From assembly GCF_024521635.1 (NCBI RefSeq), contig NW_026250406.1:806001-870000 (forward strand): a DNA stretch of 64,000 bases, in the 5' to 3' direction. This document shows, in pieces, positions 38,391-47,905 of the stretch. The notes beneath the pieces were generated by a model. The model had not been told where the DNA came from, did not search any database, and saw nothing but the letters and a program-made list of their open reading frames with translations. Numbering within the stretch: the first letter of the stretch is position 1; each line of letters opens with the position of its first letter. The position numbers and the translations under genes are program-made. This DNA comes from Tricharina praecox. Its lineage: Eukaryota.

Positions 38391-39599
38391 CTAAAGCAAA
38401 GCCCTAGAGGGCATCCTGGAGAAGCGGCGGGGTCCCTGAGTGTTGACTTCGAGACCCTGATCCTGCGGCTCACCAGACTCGGAAGCTGGGGCATCCGAGC
38501 CATAGTAGTCGTAGACATCGTTGAGAGATCCGACAGAGGCGTTATTCTTGTTCAAGTGGGACTCGCCGGTCTCGTGATGTTCGTCTTCTCCGTACACCTT
38601 GGGGGTGGCTGTCAAACGGAAGAATTAGTGTCAGATTCAATTGACTTAGCAAACGGACTTGAATGATAATTACCTCCATCCTCGGCACTCGGGCTCTGGA
38701 GAGCGATCTCGGGGAGGACACCCTGAACCGGAACTCCTGGAGACGGCGGCGGGGTGAGGGAAGCAGCACTAACTGGCGTAGCCGAGCGATTCTCCTGGCT
38801 GGGAAAAATCGGGGCAAAAATCTCCGAAGCCCTTCTCCTACGGGAGACGAACGTAGTAAAGGCCGGAAGTCCTAGGTAGCGGGCCCTAAGGGAATCCGAG
38901 GGGATCAATGAAGATGGCTGGACATGGGTGATGCTGGAGACCATCCTCAGCGGAGATGAATCGATGTGAGCAGGTGATCCCTCTGGAGCCTCCTCGTTTC
39001 TAGGCAACCTGTTACCCAAGTTGATGACAATGGTCGTGTCGGGCATGATGGTCGAGTCGGGGGCTGCGGCACTCTGAGTGATGGTCGAGTCGGGGGCCGG
39101 CGCGCTCGAAGCGTTGGTGTTTCGAGCGGCCCTGCGAGCGGCAATGACATTATCAATCGACGTATTCGGCGGTGCGGGAGAAATTGTAGAAGTCTGCTGA
39201 ACGCCACCGTAAATACCACGCTGGAGTGCAACGATTCCGAAGGCGTTATCGTCGGGGATCACTGGAGGTCCCGTGAGATTTCCGAGCTCGATATCGGAAA
39301 CACGCTGTCCCTGAGCCACCGCAGCCTGCTCGTCCTGCAACTGATGCTGACTTCAAGACAATATTTGTTAATCCTAGGCTCCCTTCCAAATAAATAGCAA
39401 CGGGAGGGACCGCCCAACTTACCGGCGCTTCCTGCTGTACAGCTTGTAGGATCCGAACACAACGACGAAGAGAGTCAAACCTGTCATGACCAAGCTGGAG
39501 CAATATTAGACACATATGTTACAGAGAAGAAGAGAGAGCAGGAACATACCCGAGGAAAAGGGCTGTTTTCTTGCCCTTGATCCAGTCTTTGACCGTCAT
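38391..39599 (-). CDS. Hypothetical single-pass membrane protein, 4 exons
   Basis: Spliced product MTVKDWIKGKKTALFLGLVMTGLTLFVVVFGSYKLYSRKRRQHQLQDEQ...: one TM helix, a basic cluster, then a Ser/Pro-rich tail. Three introns with GTATGT/GTAAGT/GTAATT donors and branch sites join the ORFs in frame. Confidence 0.65.
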
Positions 39600-40984
39600 G
39601 GCGAGTGATTCGTGATGCTTGTGTATATGAGACTCGGTACGGACTCGAGGAAGTATGGTAGAGTGTAAAGGAAACAACAAAAGGAGTGTTTTGCAATCAG
39701 TAAAGGAGCGTGGAAAGTGAGTGTGAGTGTGGGGGAGGGGGAGAGGAAGGAACGGAGCAAGGTGGATGAAGAGGGCGTGCGTGTATGGGAGAGGAAGGGA
39801 TGGAGGAGGAGATGGAGGAGATGCCTCGCACTCTTCCTATCACCGGGAGGATGTAGAAGGAAGAAGGAAGGATGGATGAAAGAAAGAAAGAGAAGAGAAG
39901 GAGAAGGTAGTGCGGTGGTTGTGTGGTGGTTGTGCGGTGGTACGAAATTGAACGTATGGAAGGCTCCGGACCATCTCCCAAAGCAGAGACTCGGCGACGA
40001 GTCAGCGATGGCCGGCGCAATATTTGCATAAGAATGACCGGTTGATCTTCACGAGAGTAAGAATAGGTTGCTTGATCGATAGACGAAGTATCGGACGAGA
40101 TCTGATCATTGGCGTGGGTACATCGTGGGCGGTCTGTAGATCTCCCGTCCGATCTGTTGGGCGGCCATGGCCCTGGGCCCGTCGCCTATGGGCTAAATGT
40201 AGAGTAATACAGCTAAAGCCAACGCTTGTGAACGGCGAGCATAGCTGGATATTACATTTGGAAGTGAACCGGCAGTTAATCAAAGTGAGCCCGTATATGT
40301 CGTCATTGCGGGCATTACGATGTGAGATGGCCCTAAACGCCGGTACCAGCAGTGGCTGGACGGGCAAATACGAGTACGGAGATCACTTGCAGTTTGATAA
40401 ATCCAGTACTTTTGGTTTTTCGAAGTGATAGACCTTAATGGGGTTTCGGGGAATTATTGAGAGATCTGTTGATATCTTGTGATCACGGTACATACTTCTT
40501 ATGCGGACGACTATTCTACCACCGCACGGCTAAGGAAAAGCGAAGCCTACAACCTTCAAGCAATAGAGTCATCGAACTCTTCGTACAAAGGTTTATTTGG
40601 GTGCAATAAAGCACTATTGTCTACCGGTGGCCATAGGATCATAGCTTCAGGGCCGTCCCAGGATGGCAGATCTGGATATGAATGCATTGGACTACCAGAC
40701 ATCCACACGAGGCTGGGCTAATTTCTACAGCTCGGAAAACTCCTGCAACCCCGGGGATCTGGCAGTGATTATGTGGAATCACAAAATCTTTGCGGAGGCG
40801 TCGGCACCGTGTTCGTCACTCGTGTCCTGGTGAGCCGAATATGGCTACGACAGCAGGCTATCCTGTAACTAGGCAGAAAATGAAGCACATAGCGCTGAAT
40901 ATCGGAGTCACTGACTATATGAGCTCGTAGCTGTATCTTGAAAGCATTCGATGTGATGTATGGCAGTTTTTGCTTAGACTTCTG

Positions 40985-41120
40985 CTCACTCGTTCAGCTG
41001 TGTTAGGAAAACTTGTTCGAATAAACAGACACACGGATTATCGTGCTCCTACTCACTCGCTCAGCTATGCCAGCAAAAACCGGTTCGAATAAGTAGGAAC
41101 ACGGATTACCGCACTCCTAC
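40985..41120. repeat. Imperfect ~68-bp direct duplication, 2 copies
   Basis: ctcactcgYtcagctRtg..aaaac..gttcgaataa..acacggattaYcg..ctcctac occurs twice in tandem. Confidence 0.85.
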
Positions 41121-41279
41121 AGAGCATGACAGCAGTCACTCCACCGCACCTAAAATACTACATACGGTCACCTTTCTACCAAAGTTCCAGCCAGTCTATC
41201 ACTCATCCCATAATCGTCCACTAATCACCCTCTTCCCATCACTACCCGCTAAAGCTTGGGAGACGTAACGACCCGCAGG

Positions 41280-41572
41280 CTGCAGAAGCTCATCAACCGC
41301 GAAGCCAAGGCGGTCACGGGCAAACAGAGGAGACGGCACTTTTGGATAAAGCTGCAGAATGTGACTACACTGCCACCCTGGACGAGGAACCCGCAGCTAG
41401 AGCGCACGCCGTACGCCCACAGCCCTTGGCCTCTCGATGTACACGGAGTCACAGACGGAACGCAAACGGACTACAAAGCAGCCGGCTACCTACGCCGTCG
41501 TCTGGTGCCATGGCACCCAGTGGAAGGGACACAAGGTCCGTATGGGACTCCAGCAGGCGGGCTATGAAGTAA
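41280..41572 (+). mobile_element. Degenerate non-LTR retrotransposon (LINE) ORF2 fragment: post-RT linker plus start of RNase H
   Basis: LQKLINREAKAVTG, then GLSMYT / TDGTQTDYKAAG-YAVVWCHGTQWKGHKVRMGLQQAGYE once a 4-bp CTAC duplication (41486-41493) is removed. This resembles the TDGS..GYAVVW..W.G.K.HMG..QE pattern of fungal LINE RNase H domains, recognised from memory. Confidence 0.68.
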
Positions 41573-41709
41573 GATTGGACAGCGGCGTGGAACCAGAGTG
41601 TGCACATCATGTATATCGCCATAATCTATCTAGGTCGCAAGCAATTACTTCACGATTAAACGCAACGCATCACCACCCATCAAACCCTCCATTTCCGCCG
41701 GCTATTCCA

Positions 41710-42661
41710 TCAAATTTTATGCCCCTCCCTCCGCAACCCCTCAAAAAGCGCCACGGCACTTAAGGCCTTCGCATCAAGCGTTTCCTTCCACAGATCCCTC
41801 AACCTGACCACCTTGAGCGTAATCTTCTCGCCCTCCTCCCTCAGCCCTGTCAGCCTTCCTCTCCACTCGCCAAGTGTGCCCTTATCGATCGCGTGTGTGT
41901 ACGCAAATATCTTGACGAACTCGTCGCAGCCTGCAATTCAAACCCACTGATCAGCCATACTCCTCCCATATAGGAGTGTGAGGCGCACCTCCAGGACTGG
42001 GGTACACCGCAGCCTCCAACCTCTCTCCCTCCATCTCGCGCACCAGCGCCCCCAGCGCCAACTTTGTCAAATCGACCAACCCCTCCGCCTTAATCACGAT
42101 CCCGCACTCCTCTTCGATCTCCTTCGCGGCGGCGCCTGTGAACGTATCACCATCGACCATCCCCGCAGGCAGCTCCACAAACTCCAGTGCGCCCGCCGGC
42201 ACCCGCGGCTGCACCGTCAGCAGCGCCCACTCCTCCCCCTCCCCGCCCTCTTCTTCCTGTAGAATAACGAGTACGGCCACCGACCCGCCGCGCAGGAACG
42301 CCATGCCAGGCAGGGACTCGCCCGCGGAATTGGTCAGTGACGCGGTGACGTTGAGGAAGCCGATCCGCTGGCCGAAGAAGTCGGCGTGCGAGACTGTGAG
42401 CGAGCGGAGGATGTATGGGTCGCTGTGGAAGGGGTGCGATGGCTGCTGTTGCTGTGACAGCGACGAGGTCAGTGAGGATAGCCACGAGGTGTATGGCTTG
42501 AAGGAGAGGAGCTGGGCGCTAGTCAGGTTTGCTGGGAGCTTGGGAGTGGGCGTTGTGGGCGTGGTCATTTTTATGCGGACTGTGGAGAAACGGGGCTGCT
42601 GGTGGAGTCGTGTGGTGAGTTTGCCGCATCGGAGGAGGTGGCGAGTGATTTGGTGATGCAT
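41710..42661 (-). CDS. Nudix hydrolase (ADP-sugar pyrophosphatase/NUDT14-like), 2 exons, with a presequence-like N-terminus
   Basis: LPGMAFLRGGSVAVL, LTVQPRVPAG, Nudix box ELPAGMVDGDTFTGAAAKEIEEECG, YPSPGGCDE and TGLREEGEKITLKVV. Confidence 0.92.
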
Positions 42662-42717
42662 TCGTTGTGGAATTATGTATGTGAGCTCGCCCGCTGTGAG
42701 ACGCGGGGTGGATGCGG

Positions 42718-42725
42718 TGACGTCA
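42718..42725. promoter_or_regulatory. Perfect CRE/ATF palindrome TGACGTCA
   Basis: Lies ~57 bp upstream of the Nudix ATG. Confidence 0.45.
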
Positions 42726-42837
42726 GACTACCTGGCTGCTCCTAGTTAGTGTGCATGGGTCACTCCGTTCATGGTTCATCACTGTATGTATATATCGATA
42801 GGTATCACCATCTACTTCCCAATACCCATGATTTAAA

Positions 42838-43600
42838 CACTACAGGTCCCAACCAAGGAGATCCACCATCGCCGCAGCGGCGGCGATGTTGACAGATAAC
42901 TAGAGTCCAACAAGCATGGGGCCTTCAAGGACAAGTATCATAAGAAAGGGAAGCCAAACTTCAAAGCCAAACATGGCGGGGGCGTTACTTATGGATATCA
43001 GATCTGCATTCACTAATTTTAGCCCGCCGAAGCCATCTACCAGCGGATGACAGAGATGTTTATCGAACCAGCTCTAATCACACCGTCTAGTCACACCGTC
43101 TAGTCAAATGGACAGATTCCTTCATGCGCGAGATCTGAAAGCTCCGGATTGAGCTGGAGATGGAGATGGAGAATGAAAGCGGGCCGGCCGGCCGGCAAGA
43201 CCAATCGAAAAATATCCGGTATTTATGATATATAGATAACATTGCGTGGACGGATCGCTGAAGCGAGAGGAGAGAGGAGAGGCGGAGGTGGCAGAATAAC
43301 TGAGCAGGCAGGGCTGCTAAAGCAGCGTGTAAATGGGTTAGGTATAGGGAGAATGAGGTTGCCTTCGACGAGGAAAACTCGTCGGAGGCTATCTTACCTA
43401 CATATTCACCAAGAAGAGGAGTTGAAGGGGATCGACTGGGACACGGAAATAGAAGGAGAAGAATCCCTATTCGGTCAAGTTCAACCAAGCGGCTACCAGA
43501 TAGCTCAGTATCTGGATCGAATCCATACTGAGTATGAGGGAGCACCACCAAGAAATGATGAAGAAAGGCTGGAATGCACAGAACCGTCTGAGACGACTCA
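42838..43600 (+). mobile_element. Degenerate non-LTR retrotransposon (LINE, Tad1-like) reverse transcriptase relic
   Basis: Collinear RT blocks across stops and frameshifts: HYRSQPRRSTIAAAAAML, RVQQAW, MAGALLMDIRSAF (42973), QRMTEMFIEPALI..KWTDSFM, YIDNIAW (43229, decayed YxDD), KW...NEVAFD...EAIL and KFNQAATR*LSIWIESILSMREHH..MKKGWNAQNRLRRL. Confidence 0.8.
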
Positions 43601-44073
43601 TCGTTCTCGACAATGAAATATGTAGGTAGGAATCTCATCTAATTGTATTACTATGCGCCCCGCCTTCAACAGCAGAGTCAACAACGTCCAACGTCCAACT
43701 CCAGCCAAACCCGCCAAACCAGCGAAACCAGTCCAAGAAAAGTAAAGCCAAAAACGACAAAAACGACAAAAGAGAAATGTAGAGCAAAGTAGACGGTGGA
43801 GAAAGAAAAGAAAGAAAAGAAAGGGAATGTATATAAATGAATGGTAAGTAACTCGGTCCGTCCACCGATGCGAATGCAAAAAAAACAGAAAGAAGCGCAG
43901 CATATCCAAAAACAAACAAACATAGCGAGTAAGAAGAAGAAAAAAACACCAATATGCTACGACGATGCAAGAAGAGCCACCCCAAAAAGAACGGACCCAA
44001 GACACCGATACCTCATACCAAAAAACCCCAAAGAAGCCTCGGCCAAAATAAATGAAGAAAGACAACGGAACAT

Positions 44074-47000
44074 CTAATACCCAGTGGGGGCGCCGCCCAG
44101 GTAGTCCGAGTACAGACTGCCTTCGCCCCCATGCATGGACATGCGCATCTCACCGTGACCTCGGTACATAGCAGGGGTGGTGTTTCGTCCTGCTCCAACC
44201 GTGGTGGGCCCCAGGTCCGAACTGGAGCGGCCTCGACCACGTCCACGACGGCGGTTCTTATTCGCGCCTCTCGGGCTACCTGGGCTGTAGCCTCCGTTAG
44301 TCGCCTGCTGCTGGTAACTGTAGTTTTGCTGCGGCGACCTAGGACTCGCGCCTGGACTGTTGGTGTAGCGACGCTGGCTCCTAGGTCCCGTAGGAGGGCT
44401 TCTGTCTGCCCTGGGGCCGGTAGGGGGCGAGAAGCATGATGATGGTCCAGTGGGAGGTGGAGTCGAAGGGTAAAACGCAGGCTTAGGTGCTACGTAGCCC
44501 CGCGGGCCTGTTGGGATACCCTCCTCGTTGAGTGGTGCAGCTGGGCGTCCACTGCCCACCGACATGCTCGAAGTACCAAGGAATCCTCCACCGTTAAGTG
44601 AATTCGAGCTTCCAAAGCTTCGGTTGCTGCCCATCGAGCCACTCCGAGTCACTTTCTGCGTCATCGGGGTGATGGGTCTGTCGCCATAGCTGAGTGCAAC
44701 CCCGGTTTGCGCAGCAGGGCCGGTTGGCGGGGGGTAAGACAGGCCAGTAGGCGTGGGAGGAGTAGATAGGCGGCTGAACTGGGATGAGGTAGTGCTGTAC
44801 GCCAACGGTGACCCAGCACGCATCGTGCTGTTGTGGTAACCAGGTGGTGACGAGAAGACACTCCTGCCCAGTGACTGCCGCGGTGGCGACCTAGATCCAG
44901 GGCCCGTCGGAGGGGTGAGGGGCTTTGCGGACGAAAACTTGGGAGGAGTAATGGTATCTCCGACCGGGGCCTCCTCCTTGGTGGTGACGATGGGAGGGCT
45001 CGGCAGGGGTTGGGAGGTGGGTGCGTACCGAGACTCCAAGGTGAGTTCTTTGGTAGCGGCCTGGTACGCAGGCTCGGCAATCAGCGTCTCTTCAGCCTTG
45101 GCCTCCTCGACTTGAGCCTCGACTTCATCTTCCATCTCGTCCTCGGCCTCGGGTTTAGCCTTGAATTTAGCCTCAATCGCCGCCGCGATTTCAGTCTCGA
45201 TTTCAGTCTCGATTTCAGCCTCGAGCTCAGTCGCGAGTTCAGCCTCGAGTTCGGCCTTGAGCTCAGCCTCAACCGCCACCGCAATTTCAGTCTCGAAGTC
45301 AGCCTCAACTTCAGCCTCGATGCTGGCCTCGTGTGCAGTCTCAACAACATCAGCCGCATCGGCGTCAGAGTCGAGTTCGACACCTTCATCCTCCTCAGGC
45401 TCAGCCTCGACTTGGGCCTCCACCAGAGTTACAGCCTCCACCTCGGGCTCAGTCTCGGATTCCTCATCGGCTACCGTATGGGACTGGGCTGTAGCCTCAT
45501 CCTCGGAGTAGGTAGGCAGCGATTCGGCAGTGAGCTGACGAGGTTCGGGAGTAGCCTCCCTTTCTTCCGTCAAGGTGTCAGTAACCTTGGATTCGGTAGG
45601 AGTGACGGTTGCAACGTCCATCGATTCCGGATCGTTCGAGTAAGTCTCGAGAGCCTCAAGAACATGCGGGAAGACAAGCTTCTCAACGTCACGTCCCCAC
45701 AGGAAATCGAGATGCTCAAAGTGAGCGATCTCGGTGGCGACGGTGTGAGCCGGGAGCTCCTTGAGCATGATCCTGATATCGACGAGGGAGTCGCAGCCAC
45801 CGTAGACCAGCACGATGGGTGCCGTGATATTCCTCGTGGGGAATTTGGCGACCTTGTAGAAGCTTCTGTTGGCAATGGATGCCGTGATTCCGGTCTGAAT
45901 ATCATCGTCGTACATCTGGAAACACTTGTTGCGGATGATCTGGAACCAGTGGACGACACCTAGGCGACAAAATAAGCTTTCACACTTGTGGCTGGGACCG
46001 TTGTACGTACTCTTGACCGAAGTGTAGGAATAAAGGTGGGAGTATGCCGCTAGCTTCTGGTTAAGCGGGATGTTGTTGCCAGTCCATTTGAATAGGAAGT
46101 GCATCGAGATGTCGATTACACGCACAAAGATCGGAGGGTCTGGGATCATCGTCAGCAGCCGTATGGATGATAGTGCGATCTATTTCACTTACACAAGACG
46201 CTCTGCCAGAATGTCGTGCTAGACAAGATGGACTTCCTTCCGAAGAATAGGTACATCAAGTTCGGGCTCGATTTCATCAGGGCATCCACCACGGTGTTGC
46301 TCAAACCAGCAGGGCTCATGGCGGGTGCCAGTGCAACGAAGACATCGATCTTCTCGTTGAGCTTTGGATGAATGCTCAAGGTAGCAAACGCCTGAGCAGT
46401 GCCCTGAGAGAAACCGACGTAGGAAAGAGAAGGCTGATTCGTAGTCTCGAGAATGTAATTGATGGAGTCGGGAATATCGTGGAAGGCAAAATCGTCGATC
46501 GAGAAATCCCAGAACTTCGCCGAGCTGGAAGGATGATGAATCGACTTCTTCGAGTATTTGTTGCCCCGGTTATTTCCAAGCTATCAATGGTCAGCCAACA
46601 AGCTCATCCAGGAAAGAGGTGGAGATGTATGTAGCACGCACCCAGACATCGTAGCCCTTCTCCGCCAGCACAAACGGAAGGCACTGCTCCTTGTCGAGCA
46701 GGCAGACCCAAACCTCGCTGTCCATCAGAAGGCCTAACACCTGGCATCAGTATCTCGCAGTCCTAAACGGCGAGGGTGGGGGACCAACCATGGTGCAAGT
46801 ACACCACCTTCTTTCCACCATTTCCTCTCGTCGACGCATCACCACCCCTCGCCCTTGCTCTGGGTGGGCCGTTGATTTCCTCCTCCGTCTTCTTCACAAC
46901 CCTGTGTAGTCCCAGCAAGTATCCATCGCCGGTCTGGACAACATGCTCCTCGATCCGGTAGGTGCCGTCGTTCCAGATCTCGCACAAATCCACAAATCCA

Positions 47001-47905
47001 TCGGCATCCCGCACTTTAGCCACCAGACCCCTCTCCTGTGTCGAGCTCTCTACTGTGGTGTACCGCTTTGCCGAGAAGGAGTTGAACAGTGCCCGCGAAC
47101 GTCCGTAGAAAAAGTTTATTAATGGCGCGGCTAAAATCCAGGAACGAAGCAAGGAGTTAGCTATCGGCTCCACCAGATAAGGGAAGGTCTTATTTGTAGC
47201 TGGTATCCATCAAGGTATCACAACAGCCTTTCGGCTACGAAACGAACGTCGAACGTTGCGCCGGGGTAAGGAAAAAAAATAAGCAGACGAAAGCAAGAAA
47301 GACAACTTACGCAAAGCCAAAGTGATAACCCTGAGGAAGCTCTCGATCACCAGGAACAAGAACGAAAAGACGAGCGCTACATATTCCAAACTATTTCTCG
47401 TCATAACAGGACCATTGTTAGCCGTCGAGCTCTCCTCTGTGCTTGTCTTTCGCTTCCACAATGTAGATGAGGTTGTGCTAGCATCCTCCTCCATCACCGC
47501 GGCCACCTGCTCGGGCTGTGCTTGCTCCACTTCCACTTCCACTTCCTCTTCCACTTCCTCTTCCTCTTCCACTTTCTCCTCCCCGACAACGAGGACCTCC
47601 ACCTCCTCGAAGACGGGGACCTCCACCTCCTCGACGACGAGGACTTCCTCCTCTTCCTCTACTTTTGATTCCTCCTCTTCCTCAGTTTCCTCGGCGATAT
47701 GTTCCATGGGCTCGACTTCCTCGAGGTCCTGCTCGGACTCGCACGATGATGGAGGGGTTGGAGGAGGGGTAAGAGAGGTATCCACGGCAGAAGCAGTAGT
47801 GGCAGCAGAAGAGGATGTAGAAGACGAATAATTGAAGTAAGGAAAAGACTTGGTGGGATGGGGTAGGTACAGATGGAGTCTTCCTACGAAAGGTACTCGG
47901 GCCAT
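44074..47905 (-). CDS. AB-hydrolase lipase/steryl ester hydrolase (Tgl1/Yeh-like) with N-terminal TM segment and long acidic and Pro-rich C-terminal extension
   Basis: EEHVVQTGDGYLLGLHR, YLHHGLLMDSEVW, GYDVWLGNNRGNKYS, nucleophile GFSQG, ALAPAMSP, SVKSVVHWFQI, GGCDSLVD and EHLDFLW. Confidence 0.92.

Noticed and set aside
45010..45963. Long antisense ORFs over the lipase tail, and similar shadows over BOR1, the RhoGEF and myosin
   Set aside because: Explained by codon bias and repeats of the sense-strand genes.
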